A stretch of 52,764 bases of DNA. Source: a candidate division WOR-3 bacterium (lineage in GTDB: Bacteria; Hydrothermota; Tepidihabitantia; SM23-42; JAOAFX01). Of the stretch, positions 36,031-46,628 are shown piece by piece. Position 1 is the stretch's first letter; each line of letters opens with the position of its first letter. The translations under genes were made by a program, and so were the position numbers. The notes beneath the pieces were generated by a model. The model saw only the letters and a list, made by a program, of their open reading frames with translations. It was not told the DNA's origin and ran no database searches. The DNA lies in assembly GCA_039802265.1 (NCBI GenBank), contig JBDRWI010000007.1, forward strand, positions 1-52,764, given 5' to 3'.

Positions 36031-38001
36031 ATGAAAATATTAGTTACCAGCGCCCTACCTTATGCGAATGGCGATATTCACTTAGGCCATCTTGCCGGTG
36101 CCTATCTACCTGCAGATGTATATACCCGTTATCAAAGGTTAAAAGGACGGGATGTAATCCATATCTGCGGGACCGATGAACATGGTGTGCCCATAACTGT
36201 GATGGCAGACCAAAAGAAAAAGTCTCCCAAGGAGATAGTAGATTTCTATCATCAATCAATAAAAAGGTCTTTTGAAGCGTTTGGCATCATCTTTGATAAC
36301 TTCTCCCGGACCACCATCCCCCTCCACTATAAACTTGCCCAGGATTTTTTCATCAGGATATATAATAATGGCTATATCTACCCCAAAGAGAGCGAGCAAT
36401 TCTTCTGCCCGAAGTGCAATCGCTTTCTGCCTGACCGGTACATCACCGGTCGTTGTCCTCGCTGTGGTATTGACGGTGCAAAGGGAGACCAGTGTGAAAA
36501 TTGTGGAAGATGGCTTGAACCCTTCCAATTGATTGAGCCCCAATGTCTGATCTGCGGTTCAAGACCACAAAGACAGAAGACCACCCACTGGTATTTCCGC
36601 CTCTCCCAGTTTCAGGAAAAACTGGAAAAATGGATTGAGGAAAAGAGAAACTGGAAGGAGCCGGTTCTGACATTTGTCAAAGGCTGGCTAAAGGAAGGGC
36701 TTGAGGACCGGCCAATCACCCGGGATATGACCTGGGGTGTGCCGGTTCCCCTTGAGGAGGCAAAAGGGAAGGTATTATATGTCTGGTTTGATGCACCAAT
36801 TGGTTATATCTCTTCCACAATGGAGTGGGCAGAAAAGAAAGGTGAACCAGATTTATGGAAGGAATACTGGTTAAATCCCCAGACTAAACTCGTCCACTTC
36901 ATCGGTAAGGACAACATCGTCTTTCATGCCTTGATCTGGCCCGCGATGCTTATGGCTTATGGTGATTATATTCTTCCAGCTGAAATTCCGGCAAATCAAT
37001 TCTTAACCCTGGAGGGAGAAAAACTTTCTACCAGTAGGAATTATGCAATCTGGCTGCCGGAATATCTAAAAGATTTCCCGCCCGATTCACTCAGGTACAC
37101 GCTGATTCGCAATCTCCCCGAGACCAGGGATTCAGATTTTACCTGGCGCGACTTCCAGACCTGGCATAATAACGAACTCGCTGACATTCTTGGAAATTTT
37201 GTTAATCGGGTTTTAGTATTTATCCAAAAATACTACAATTCCAATGTTCCTACTGCGGCATCATTCACGGAAAGGGAAAATCAGATACTCAACTTATTAC
37301 ATACCGCTCCCGAGGTGATCGGTGATAAGATTGAAAGGTTTGAATTCAAGGGTGCGCTTCAGGAGTTATTGAAGATTGCCCAGGAAGGCAATAGGTACTT
37401 TGACCATCAGGAACCCTGGATAACCCGCAAGACCAATCCTTTGATCTGTGAACGAACGATGTATATCTGTATGAAGATGATTACCTCACTCGCCCTCCTT
37501 TCTGAACCATTCCTTCCTTTCACCGCCCAGCGGATTAAAAAGATGATAAACTTCAAAGAACAGAAATGGGACGATATTAGCTCGCCCCTGGTAAGCTCCA
37601 GCATTGGTGAAATTGGCGTCTTATATCAGAAACTTGATGATAGTATCATCAATATTCAAATTGCCAAATTGAAGCAGAGGGAAATTGGCATTGAAGAATT
37701 TAATAAGATTGAATTGCGCACGGCGAAGATCCTCAACGCCCAGCTTGTTCCTGGCTCTGACCACCTTATTCAATGCGAGATTGAAGTGGGAAAAGAAAAA
37801 AAGACAATAGTTGCGGGCATCGGCAAAAAGTATAAACCCGAAGAATTGGTTGGTAAGACCATTATTGTAGTCAACAACCTTAAACCGGTTGTTTTAAAAG
37901 GGGTATTATCTCAAGGTATGCTCCTGGCTGCCCAGGATAAGGATAATCTTGTCCTTTTAACCACCGACAAACCAATCGCATCGGGTGCCGTGGTGAAATA
38001 G
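36031..38001 (+). CDS. metG: Methionine--tRNA ligase
   Basis: TSALPYANGDIHLGH (HIGH), GTDEHG, two zinc knuckles, YVWFDAPIGY, FIGKDNIVFH, KLSTS (KMSKS), C-terminal tRNA-binding OB domain (NLKP...SQGMLLAA). Confidence 0.98.
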   Translation: MKILVTSALPYANGDIHLGHLAGAYLPADVYTRYQRLKGRDVIHICGTDEHGVPITVMADQKKKSPKEIVDFYHQSIKRSFEAFGIIFDNFSRTTIPLHYKLAQDFFIRIYNNGYIYPKESEQFFCPKCNRFLPDRYITGRCPRCGIDGAKGDQCENCGRWLEPFQLIEPQCLICGSRPQRQKTTHWYFRLSQFQEKLEKWIEEKRNWKEPVLTFVKGWLKEGLEDRPITRDMTWGVPVPLEEAKGKVLYVWFDAPIGYISSTMEWAEKKGEPDLWKEYWLNPQTKLVHFIGKDNIVFHALIWPAMLMAYGDYILPAEIPANQFLTLEGEKLSTSRNYAIWLPEYLKDFPPDSLRYTLIRNLPETRDSDFTWRDFQTWHNNELADILGNFVNRVLVFIQKYYNSNVPTAASFTERENQILNLLHTAPEVIGDKIERFEFKGALQELLKIAQEGNRYFDHQEPWITRKTNPLICERTMYICMKMITSLALLSEPFLPFTAQRIKKMINFKEQKWDDISSPLVSSSIGEIGVLYQKLDDSIINIQIAKLKQREIGIEEFNKIELRTAKILNAQLVPGSDHLIQCEIEVGKEKKTIVAGIGKKYKPEELVGKTIIVVNNLKPVVLKGVLSQGMLLAAQDKDNLVLLTTDKPIASGAVVK

Positions 38002-38042
38002 AAGGAATAAAGGCTATCGGAAAATTAGGGTATCAGAATGCC

Positions 38043-38795
38043 ATGACCGATACCCACTGCCATCTCATTGACCCTCAATTCCACAAGGACCTTGATGAAG
38101 TCATTTTCCGAGCGAAGAAGTCCGGTATAACAAGAATAATAAATATCGGCTATGACCTGCCCACAAGTCGGGCGGCAATTGAGATAAATAGCAATTATCC
38201 CTGGATCCTGCCGGCGATAGGATTCCATCCCAATGAAACCGCGGAAGATTCAATAACAAAAATTCCGCACCTGGAAGATATCCTGAAAGAAAAAAAGGTA
38301 ATTGCCGTCGGCGAGACCGGACTTGATTACTATCGAGATTTCTCGCCGAAAAAAGCACAGCAGGAATTATTTCGGCAACATATTTCTCTTGCAAAAAGAT
38401 ATCAACTTCCCTTGATCATCCACACCCGAAATTCTTTTGAAGATGTTGTGAAAATTCTGCGGGAGGAAAAATACGATCGCGGCGTATTCCATTGCTACAG
38501 TGGGACTTACGAGCAGGCAAAGGAGATTATCAGCCTGGGATTCTATCTTGGTTTTGGGGGAGTCTTGACCTACTCGCGGAGGGTTCGCGAGGTCTTTCAG
38601 CGACTTCCCCTAAATTGTATTCTTTTAGAAACCGATGCCCCGTTTCTGTCACCACAGGGGCACCGTGGAGAGCGGAATGAACCTGCCTTTATAACCGAGA
38701 CAGTAAATGTCGCCAGCGCTATTCATAAGATGCACCCTGAGGAACTAACTGAAATTACCGACCAGAACGCCCAGCGACTTTTTATGCCCGAGTAA
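38043..38795 (+). CDS. tatD: TatD-family hydrolase/DNase
   Basis: DTHCHL, GFHP, AVGETGLDY, IIHTR, GVFHCYSG, LLETDAPFL. Confidence 0.95.
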   Translation: MTDTHCHLIDPQFHKDLDEVIFRAKKSGITRIINIGYDLPTSRAAIEINSNYPWILPAIGFHPNETAEDSITKIPHLEDILKEKKVIAVGETGLDYYRDFSPKKAQQELFRQHISLAKRYQLPLIIHTRNSFEDVVKILREEKYDRGVFHCYSGTYEQAKEIISLGFYLGFGGVLTYSRRVREVFQRLPLNCILLETDAPFLSPQGHRGERNEPAFITETVNVASAIHKMHPEELTEITDQNAQRLFMPE

Positions 38796-38799
38796 TTAA

Positions 38800-39552
38800 A
38801 TGGCAAAGAGACTGGGTCAGCATTTCCTTACGAGCCCCGCCATCGCCCGGAAGATCGCCCAGTTCGCAAAGATTGAAGACAGGGTGGTGGTTGAGATCGG
38901 TGCGGGTAAGGGCATGCTCACCCGCCACCTTGCCCACTATGCCAGGGAGGTGTTTGCAATTGAGATTGACCCTGAACTTGCCTTGAGGTTAAAGCAAAAA
39001 AATCTTCCCAATGTTACAGTCTTGAATCAGGATTTTTTAAAGACTGATATAGCGCAATTCAAAGGCTGTGTGATAGTTGGCAATATTCCTTATTATATAA
39101 CAACCCTGATTCTTGAGAAACTTATTTCTGAAAGGCAATTTTTTGATAAGGCAATTCTGACCGTGCAGAAAGAATATGGTGCACGACTTATTGCCAAGCC
39201 TGGTACTTCCTTTTATGGTTCAATCACCTTATATGTAAATTACTATCTTACCGTGCGTAAGGGATTTTTGATTCCGGCGCGTTTTTTTTCTCCCCAGCCC
39301 AGGGTGAGTGCAATGGTTATCGCCCTGGGGAAAAAACCAATTATATCTTCGGTCAAGTCGGAAGAGGAATTCTTTAGATTTATCCAGGGGGTCTTCCGGT
39401 ATCGGCGTAAACACTTGAAAAATTCCTTGAGTTATTATTTGGGTTTTGTCCCCGAGAACCTTGATGAATCAATTGCCCGAAAGAGGCCGGTTGACTTAGA
39501 ACTTAAGGATTTTGAATACCTTTATCATCTGGTGTATGAGAAATATCCTTAA
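38800..39552 (+). CDS. rsmA: 16S rRNA adenine dimethyltransferase RsmA/KsgA
   Basis: KRLGQHFL, VEIGAGKGMLT, IEID, VGNIPYYIT, VQKE, FSPQPRVSA. Confidence 0.95.
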   Translation: MAKRLGQHFLTSPAIARKIAQFAKIEDRVVVEIGAGKGMLTRHLAHYAREVFAIEIDPELALRLKQKNLPNVTVLNQDFLKTDIAQFKGCVIVGNIPYYITTLILEKLISERQFFDKAILTVQKEYGARLIAKPGTSFYGSITLYVNYYLTVRKGFLIPARFFSPQPRVSAMVIALGKKPIISSVKSEEEFFRFIQGVFRYRRKHLKNSLSYYLGFVPENLDESIARKRPVDLELKDFEYLYHLVYEKYP

Positions 39553-39565
39553 ATCTGGTGTAGTA

Positions 39566-40606
39566 ATGAAGGTAATCATTGAGGATGTAACGGATTTAGA
39601 ATCGAGTATCAAAAAGGTCTTTAATTATTTCAACTGTAAAAATTTAGCGAATAAAAATATCTTTATTAAACCCAATATGCTCAGGATTGCCCATCCTGAT
39701 GAGTGTATCATCACCGACCCGCGGTTGCTGGGCAGGGTCACGGAATTACTCCTTGAATCTGGTGCGGTGGTGATGGTGGGAGACAATCCAATACCCCAAG
39801 GACTTGATGAAATTGAGGTGGCAAAGAGATGCGGTTTATTTTCGGCAAGTTGCGGTACCTTCAGGAATATCGGGAGATTTGTAAAAAGGGTTAAATTAAA
39901 GAATAAGAAGGTAAAAGGGGTATATGTCTCCAAAGAAATCCTGGAATGTGATATACTCATTTCCATCCCCAAATTCAAGACCCATGAGCTCACAACCTTG
40001 AGTCTTGCCATAAAGAATCAATTTGGAATAATCCCGGGCGGTTTGAAACCGAAACTCCACTCTGAATGTTTCAGATTGGAAGACTTTTGCAATCTGCTTA
40101 TTGATATATATCAAATCCGCCCTCCGGATCTGATAATTATTGACTGTATCAAGGTTCGTGATGCCCGGGGCAGGTTATATAATCCCAATAAACTCATTGC
40201 TGGTGATAATGGCTTTGCAATTGATTATGTCTGTTCTTTGCTGGCGGGCATAGACCCCGCTACAAACCCGCTGGTCAATATTGCCTTAAAGAAGAAGTTA
40301 TTTGAACCCCGATCAGTTGAAATCATCGGCAACCTTGAGCCGATAAAAGACTTCGCTACACCATTTTATTTCCCCCTGCGCGGAGTATTTGCCAATCTGG
40401 GCAATTTAATTTTCTCAAAATTTGCCAGCTATAGACTCCCGGTATTTAATCAGAAATATTGTAACAACTGTCGTCTTTGTGAAAATGTCTGTCCATCCCG
40501 GGCGATTCAATCAAAAAAAATTGACTACAAAAGATGTATCAAGTGCTATTGCTGTATTGAGGTCTGTCCCAATAACGCCATTGGACAAAAATTAAAAATC
40601 CTTTGA
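39566..40606 (+). CDS. DUF362 domain protein with C-terminal 2x[4Fe-4S] ferredoxin domain
   Basis: IFIKPNML, ITDP, ISIPKFKTH, LAIKNQFGIIPG; CNNCRLCENVCP and CIKCYCCIEVCP. Start chosen at ATG 39566 (39536 is also possible). Confidence 0.85.
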   Translation: MKVIIEDVTDLESSIKKVFNYFNCKNLANKNIFIKPNMLRIAHPDECIITDPRLLGRVTELLLESGAVVMVGDNPIPQGLDEIEVAKRCGLFSASCGTFRNIGRFVKRVKLKNKKVKGVYVSKEILECDILISIPKFKTHELTTLSLAIKNQFGIIPGGLKPKLHSECFRLEDFCNLLIDIYQIRPPDLIIIDCIKVRDARGRLYNPNKLIAGDNGFAIDYVCSLLAGIDPATNPLVNIALKKKLFEPRSVEIIGNLEPIKDFATPFYFPLRGVFANLGNLIFSKFASYRLPVFNQKYCNNCRLCENVCPSRAIQSKKIDYKRCIKCYCCIEVCPNNAIGQKLKIL

Positions 40607-41934
40607 ATATAAAAATGTATGAAAATTCACCACCGAAGATAATCGCTGTCTTTATTTTCTTTGCTCTTACGGCTATGATATTTGCCCTACTGTCAAAGGA
40701 AGTGTATGAAGAGGATTCAATAACCCATTTTCTTTTAGCAAAATATTCTTTTAAACACCCCTGGGCATTTGTTGATATCTGGGCAAGACCGCTACCTACC
40801 CTGTTCCATTCCCTTCCTTCCCAGTTCGGAGTTATGGCATCAAAGATTATGCAGATTCTTATTACATTTTTAAGCGGCTTATTCCTTTTAAGACTCGGGC
40901 GCATAATAGAGTTAAAATATTACGATCAACTATTGGTTTTTTTCTTCTTCCAGCCTTTTTTATTTTTAACTTCATACAATATTCTCACCGAACCATTCTT
41001 TGCCTTAATTTTGGCAATCTTTTTATATTTACTCTATAAAGGCAAAAACACCCTTTCTCTTTTAATCCTCTCTTTCCTTCCCCTTTCCCGTCCTGAGGGC
41101 TATCTAATTTTCCCTGTGGTTTTGATATATCTCATTATAAAGAAAATCTTTAAATTGTATCATCCGATAATTATGCTTACAGGGAGCATCCTCTGGTACT
41201 TGGGTGGGGTTCTAATTTTTTCAAACTTCCGCTGGTTTATTCTCTATTTCCCCTGGCGGGGAAATCCGGGCTATTATGGTTTTGGTGGTCCATTTGATTA
41301 TCTCACAGTCTTCCCGCTGGCGATATCCTTTATCACCCTACCCTTTTTGCTCGTGGGTTTTTGGAAGACACTTAACAGAAGATTCTGGCTGATTCCGGTA
41401 GCCTTTATTATCTATTTATCTTTCTTTTCCTATATCTGGTATAAGGGACTCTTGCGGGCAATGCTCTGTCCCCGCTATTTTGCAATTCTCTCACCATTAA
41501 TCGCAATTATGCTCGTAAAGGGAATGGAGGTCATCCCTGAAAAAATCGGCAGGATAATTCTATTGTGCTATATAATAATTTCTCTTTATATCGTCCATAT
41601 TTTCTTTCCCTTCAAGACCTATCCTGACCACCAGACTATTAAAGAGGTATTTTACTGGTATGAAGAGAATGTCAATAAAGATGCCAAGATAATCTGTTCC
41701 TTTCCTTATTTTTACTACATTGCCCGAAAGGACCCTTACGATTTTGAAAGACATCCGGCTGCAAAGATAGAAAATGTATTACAACTTAACAATGATGATA
41801 TCGTTATCTGGGATAATAATTTTATGGTAAGAGAACTCCCTATTGATTCTCTGAAGAAGAGCGGTTTTGAAGAAATAAAGGTATTCAAAAATGAAAATAA
41901 CTTTATTGTAAAGATTTTAAAAAAATTCCAATGA
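40603..41934 (+). CDS. Polytopic GT-C-like membrane glycosyltransferase
   Basis: First TM followed by acidic EEDS loop; LTEPFF, SRPEG, PRY motifs; many TM segments and a small soluble C-terminal domain. Confidence 0.6.
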   Translation: MNIKMYENSPPKIIAVFIFFALTAMIFALLSKEVYEEDSITHFLLAKYSFKHPWAFVDIWARPLPTLFHSLPSQFGVMASKIMQILITFLSGLFLLRLGRIIELKYYDQLLVFFFFQPFLFLTSYNILTEPFFALILAIFLYLLYKGKNTLSLLILSFLPLSRPEGYLIFPVVLIYLIIKKIFKLYHPIIMLTGSILWYLGGVLIFSNFRWFILYFPWRGNPGYYGFGGPFDYLTVFPLAISFITLPFLLVGFWKTLNRRFWLIPVAFIIYLSFFSYIWYKGLLRAMLCPRYFAILSPLIAIMLVKGMEVIPEKIGRIILLCYIIISLYIVHIFFPFKTYPDHQTIKEVFYWYEENVNKDAKIICSFPYFYYIARKDPYDFERHPAAKIENVLQLNNDDIVIWDNNFMVRELPIDSLKKSGFEEIKVFKNENNFIVKILKKFQ

Positions 41935-42009
41935 AACTCCCATCGATTCGGTAACTTTATTTAGTGAGTCTATTATGTTATAATATTAGAATCTAGGAAC
42001 CTGAATCTC

Positions 42010-43191
42010 CTACCTAACTGACTTTAAGAAGACTGTTAACATAACCCCAGCAGCAAGTGAAAGTCCTGCACCAAAAAGCAGGGCAATGTTAAAACCAAAA
42101 TTCTGCCACAGAAATCCCATCAGGAGATTTGCCGGTAATAATGTAAGACCCACAACCGTATGATAAAGACCGAAGACCGTGCCGCGGTGCTGGGGTGATG
42201 TTATATCCGCAACAAACGCCCGCAAATTTCCTTCGGTAAAACCATAATACAGTCCATAAATTGCAAAGATTATCCACACCAGTAAAACAGTTTTGTTAAT
42301 TGCCAGAGAGGCGTAGGTAATGGTGTAGATAAGAAAGCCAAATACTATCGTCTTTTTTCTGCCAATTTTGTCGGAAAGAATCCCTGATGGATATGACCAG
42401 ATAAAGTAAGAGATGTTGAAGACAAGCCATAGAATGGGAATTAAAGGGACACCCAGACCCAACTCCTTTGCCCTCAATAGTAAAAATGCATCAGAAGAAT
42501 TGCCCAGGGTAAAGATGATCATAATAATCAAGAAGGTCTTTAATTGGGGATTGAGTTCCTTAAAAGAAAACCTGAAAGTCTGTTTGGTCTGGAGAATAAC
42601 CTCCTTCACACCAAAGATGATAAAGAGAATAGCGATAAAACCGGGGATGAAGGCAAGGGCAAATAAGAGGCGATAATTTTGATTAGAAAATGAGAGGATA
42701 AGAAATGCCAGAAGCGGACCCAATATTGCACCCATTGTATCCAGCGCCCGATGAAAGCCATAGGTGCGACCATAAAAGGCTTCAGCGGTTGAATCCGCAA
42801 TCAGGGCATCCCGGGGAGCGGTTCTGATTCCCTTGCCAAAACGGTCAGCAAATCTGACGACCAGGACATGCCATCCCTGGGTTGCCAGGGCAAGGAGGGG
42901 TTTGACAATTGCGGAGAGGGTATAGCCAACAAAGATAAATAACTTCCTTTTTTTGTAGCGGTCTGAGATATAACCCGAGAATGTCTTTAGGATGCTGGCA
43001 GTTGATTCGGCTATTGCCTCAATCAATCCAATAAAGACCGGTTTTGCCCCAAGCACTTCTTTTAAGAATACCGGAATTATTGCATAGGACATCTCGGTTG
43101 AAAGGTCGGTAAACAGGCTGACCAGCCCGAGTATAAGTATATTTCTTGTCAAAAATGGATAAAAGGCTGATTTATTGACTTTTTCCGCCAT
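42010..43191 (-). CDS. MFS transporter
   Basis: About 12 TM segments; GYISDRYKKRK and GILSDKIGRKK motif A; DRFGKGIRTAPRDALI, FHRALDT, LGNSSDAF. Confidence 0.93.
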   Translation of the reverse strand: MAEKVNKSAFYPFLTRNILILGLVSLFTDLSTEMSYAIIPVFLKEVLGAKPVFIGLIEAIAESTASILKTFSGYISDRYKKRKLFIFVGYTLSAIVKPLLALATQGWHVLVVRFADRFGKGIRTAPRDALIADSTAEAFYGRTYGFHRALDTMGAILGPLLAFLILSFSNQNYRLLFALAFIPGFIAILFIIFGVKEVILQTKQTFRFSFKELNPQLKTFLIIMIIFTLGNSSDAFLLLRAKELGLGVPLIPILWLVFNISYFIWSYPSGILSDKIGRKKTIVFGFLIYTITYASLAINKTVLLVWIIFAIYGLYYGFTEGNLRAFVADITSPQHRGTVFGLYHTVVGLTLLPANLLMGFLWQNFGFNIALLFGAGLSLAAGVMLTVFLKSVR

Positions 43192-43574
43192 TATTTTGTA
43201 AGTTTGAGTTCAACGGTATCTACGCCTCCATATAGATTTAAATACCAATATTGCCTGGGCCAGCCCGGGTTATCAATACTATCAATCATCACCGCAACAA
43301 TCTGACTTCCCTGATAACCGCTTGTTGCATAACAGACACTATCCATTTCAAAAAAACCTGGCTGGGAATCAATAGAATAGCCAGTGGTGTCCCTTCTGAA
43401 TCGGTAATAGCTGGTATTTTCCGGATTGATATCCCTTACCATCAGGATGATTCCATTTATTCCGGTGGTATCATATTTCATCCAGCCATATAAATGGGTA
43501 AAATAGAGTTCTTCTTTTTCAGTGCAACTAAAAATGGTAAATAAAGTTATAATCAAAAGAATTGTATTCTTCAA
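43191..43574 (-). CDS. Hypothetical lipoprotein
   Basis: TTG start with GGAGG RBS; MKNTILLIITLFTIFSC lipobox-like signal; TAATG overlap with the MFS gene. Confidence 0.75.
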   Translation of the reverse strand: MKNTILLIITLFTIFSCTEKEELYFTHLYGWMKYDTTGINGIILMVRDINPENTSYYRFRRDTTGYSIDSQPGFFEMDSVCYATSGYQGSQIVAVMIDSIDNPGWPRQYWYLNLYGGVDTVELKLTK

Positions 43575-43592
43575 ATGGCCTCCCTTTGTGTA

Positions 43593-43620
43593 ATTCTATT
43601 CAGAAGATATGAAAAGTCAA
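43593..43620 (-). promoter_or_regulatory. sigma70-type promoter of the lipoprotein-MFS operon
   Basis: TTGACT-N16-TAGAAT on the minus strand. Confidence 0.7.
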
Positions 43621-43701
43621 CGATAATCTAACAAGATACAAAATTCTAAAAAAGTTTCACAATTTTTTATACTCAAAAAATGGTGCAAATTGCCAAGGTG
43701 C

Positions 43702-43729
43702 TTGAATATTCGGGAAAAATCATTATAAT
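43702..43729 (+). promoter_or_regulatory. sigma70-type promoter of the glycosyltransferase gene, probably leaderless
   Basis: TTGAAT-N16-TATAAT; GTG 5 nt after -10; no SD. Confidence 0.68.
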
Positions 43730-43734
43730 TAGCC

Positions 43735-44838
43735 GTGAAGATTTTAATCCTGGCGGTTCCCATTGGTGCCGGTCATTTGAAGGCGGCAAATGCAATAAGG
43801 CAGGGAATAGTAAGGATTAATCCCGGGGTAGAAGTCAGAATGGAAAATTGCTTTCAATGGGTACTGCCGATTTATGGATTTATGTATAAGAATATCTATG
43901 AATTCGGTCAGAAGAATGCATTATGGTTATTAAAAATTTTATATCAGGGGATGGGGGTAAAGTCCGGAGGCGATAAGACCCTTTATAGATTCCATAAGAT
44001 AACCGCCCACCGGTTCTCTGCACTGCTTGAGGAATTCAGACCCGATTATATCCTCTGTACTCATTTCTCGCCCGCGTATTACTCGGCATTATACAAAAAA
44101 TATTTCAATTATAAAATTGGTGTGGTGGTGACTGACTATTACATCCATCCGCACTGGGTGAATAACGAAATAGACGATTATTTTATTCCCAATGAAGATT
44201 TGCAGGAACAATTATTGAATTATGGTGTCAAAGGAGCAAGAATATATCCGTTCGGAATTCCCGTAAATCTCTCACTGGAAGGTGATATTGATAAAGATAT
44301 GGCACGCAAGCGGTTTGCTTTGTCAAAAGATAGAATTTCAGTTGTAGTAATGGGGAGCAAGGTCTTTGGTGGTGAATGGTTTGAGATTGTCAGGGAGATT
44401 GTTGATTTTGATTATGACCTGCTTGTCTTGTGCGGCGAGAATAAGGAGGCAATGCAGAAGATAAAGGCAATTAAAGGTAAGGCAAAATTGAGGGTCTATG
44501 GTATGGTGGATAAAATTCAGGAATTGATCGCAGTCTGCGATATCCTGATCACCAAGGCGGGTGGTATTACAACAACCGAGGCGACAAGGGCTGGACCGTG
44601 TCTGTTGTTTGCCAATTCCATCGCCGGACTGGAAGATAAAAATGAAGAATTCTTCATCAGGCACAATGCCGGTCTGCGGATTGATAAAAAAAATGCGAAG
44701 GAAGTTATTTCAGATTTGCTCAGCCATCAAGAAAGGATTGCCCAGATGCGTAGGAATCTCTTAAAACTCGGTAAACGGAATTCAGCAATAAATATCGCCC
44801 GGACAATACTGGAATATGAAAATAGTCCTCGCTATTGA
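43735..44838 (+). CDS. MGDG synthase/UgtP-like diacylglycerol glycosyltransferase (GT28)
   Basis: IGAGHLKAA, PDYILCTH, VVTDY..HPHW, GIPV, DILITKAGGITTTEA, GLEDKN. Confidence 0.87.
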   Translation: MKILILAVPIGAGHLKAANAIRQGIVRINPGVEVRMENCFQWVLPIYGFMYKNIYEFGQKNALWLLKILYQGMGVKSGGDKTLYRFHKITAHRFSALLEEFRPDYILCTHFSPAYYSALYKKYFNYKIGVVVTDYYIHPHWVNNEIDDYFIPNEDLQEQLLNYGVKGARIYPFGIPVNLSLEGDIDKDMARKRFALSKDRISVVVMGSKVFGGEWFEIVREIVDFDYDLLVLCGENKEAMQKIKAIKGKAKLRVYGMVDKIQELIAVCDILITKAGGITTTEATRAGPCLLFANSIAGLEDKNEEFFIRHNAGLRIDKKNAKEVISDLLSHQERIAQMRRNLLKLGKRNSAINIARTILEYENSPRY

Positions 44839-44912
44839 TTGGATAAATCCGGAAGAGATATGACAGTTGGGATTGGGTTGGGAAATGGGATAAGGTACTT
44901 GTCTTTTCTTTG

Positions 44913-46628
44913 TTAACGGGTTTTGTTTATCTTCCTTGAGGAAATCAATCGGGAAAGGGGATAGGTATTTACAACATCATCCTTTTCCAGCCAGCCACGC
45001 CGGCAGGTGGCAACACCAAACTTCATCCAGAGAAGTTCATTAAGTCCATGGGCATCAGTTCCCAGACTGATCTTTATTCCCATCTCCTTTGCCCTTTTTA
45101 AATTTACATCATTTAAGTCAAGCCTGTCCGGATAGGCATTGCATTCAAGCCAGGTTCTCGTTTCTGCGGCCTTTTTCAGGATCTTATCAAGGTCAATTGT
45201 ATAACCCTCCCTTTTTGAGATAAGCCGGCCGGTCGGATGTCCGATTATATCAACATATGGATTTTCCATAGCCGAACAGATCCGTTCGGTGACATTCTTG
45301 GTAAAACCCTGATGGATTGAGGCAACGACCAGGTCAAATTCCTTTAAGATTTTATCCGGATAGTCAAGTTTACCATTGCCCAGTATATCAACCTCTATTC
45401 CTTTTAAGATTTTTATCTTTTTGAATTTCTTATTCAGATTTTCAATCTCTTCCCACTGTTTGTATAACCTTTCTATCTCAAGGCCATGGGCATATCTTGC
45501 TGATTGAGAGTGGTCAGTGATAAGGATATATTCGTATCCCAATTTTTCACAGAATTGGGCAAGTTCCTCAATACTGGCAGTTGAGTCGGAATAGTTTGAA
45601 TGCATCTGGAGGTCGCCCCTGATATCGCTCAATTCTATAAGTTTGGGAAGGGCATTCTTCTGCGCCATTTCCACCTCACCGCGGTCCTCTCGCAACTCCG
45701 GAGGAATCCATTGAAGACCAAGGACTTTATAGACCCCCTCTTCATCTTCCCCGGCAATTGCCTTTTCACCCTTAAAGACACCATATTCATTCAACTTCCA
45801 TTTCTTTGCCACGGCAATCGTGCGCAGTTTGACATTGTGTGCCTTTGAGCCGGTGAAATACTGCAGTGCCGCACCAAATGACTTCTCATCAACAATTCTA
45901 ATATCCACCTGGATGCCACCCTCAACGATAATTGAACTCTTTGTCTCGCCGGCGGATAAAATCCGTTCTGCCTTTGGATACTTTGTAAATACCTCAGTAA
46001 TCTTTTTGTGGTCTTTTCCGCTGACAAGGATATCAATATCGCCGATCGTCTCCTTCCAGCGCCGCAAAGAACCCGCCGGTGAGATATTCTTTATCGGCGC
46101 ATTCTCTTTTAAGTATGCTATCACGCCGCTGGCAACTTCCTCGGCAAGGGCAATTGGTAGACGCTCCTGACTGTGTTCATACAACTCAATTCCCTTTTTG
46201 ATATTTTCAACTTTCTTTTCACCCATCTGGGGTAATTTTGCCAGACTGCCGTCTTCAATTACCCGCTTCAAATCCGCGAGGTCTTTTACTCCGAGATGTT
46301 TATTTGCCAGGGCAAGGGTCTTGGGACCCAAATTCTGGATATTCAATAGTTCAAGGAGGGTTGGCGGAATTCCCTTTGTTGCCTCAATATATTTCTGCAT
46401 CTTTCCGGTCTTCAAATACTCATCAATCTTTTTGGCGATTCCCTCACCAATCCCGGGCAGATCCTTTAGCCTGTTTTCTCTATTTAATACCTCAACATCC
46501 TCAATCAATTCATCAAGAACCTTTGCTGCCTTGCGGTATGCTACAACCCGAAAGACATTCTCACCCTTATATTCAAGGGCATCCGCAATCTGATTGAAGA
46601 TTCGGGCGAGTTCCTTATTCTTTTTCAT
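44913..46628 (-). CDS. polX: DNA polymerase X family / PHP exonuclease PolX
   Basis: GENVFRVVAYRKAA, LPGIGEGI, AGSLRRWKETIGDIDIL, VDIR, YFTGSKAHN, LNEYG, IPPELRE; PHP domain DLQMHS, ITDHS, GHPTGR, GTDAH. Confidence 0.95.
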   Translation of the reverse strand: MKKNKELARIFNQIADALEYKGENVFRVVAYRKAAKVLDELIEDVEVLNRENRLKDLPGIGEGIAKKIDEYLKTGKMQKYIEATKGIPPTLLELLNIQNLGPKTLALANKHLGVKDLADLKRVIEDGSLAKLPQMGEKKVENIKKGIELYEHSQERLPIALAEEVASGVIAYLKENAPIKNISPAGSLRRWKETIGDIDILVSGKDHKKITEVFTKYPKAERILSAGETKSSIIVEGGIQVDIRIVDEKSFGAALQYFTGSKAHNVKLRTIAVAKKWKLNEYGVFKGEKAIAGEDEEGVYKVLGLQWIPPELREDRGEVEMAQKNALPKLIELSDIRGDLQMHSNYSDSTASIEELAQFCEKLGYEYILITDHSQSARYAHGLEIERLYKQWEEIENLNKKFKKIKILKGIEVDILGNGKLDYPDKILKEFDLVVASIHQGFTKNVTERICSAMENPYVDIIGHPTGRLISKREGYTIDLDKILKKAAETRTWLECNAYPDRLDLNDVNLKRAKEMGIKISLGTDAHGLNELLWMKFGVATCRRGWLEKDDVVNTYPLSRLISSRKINKTR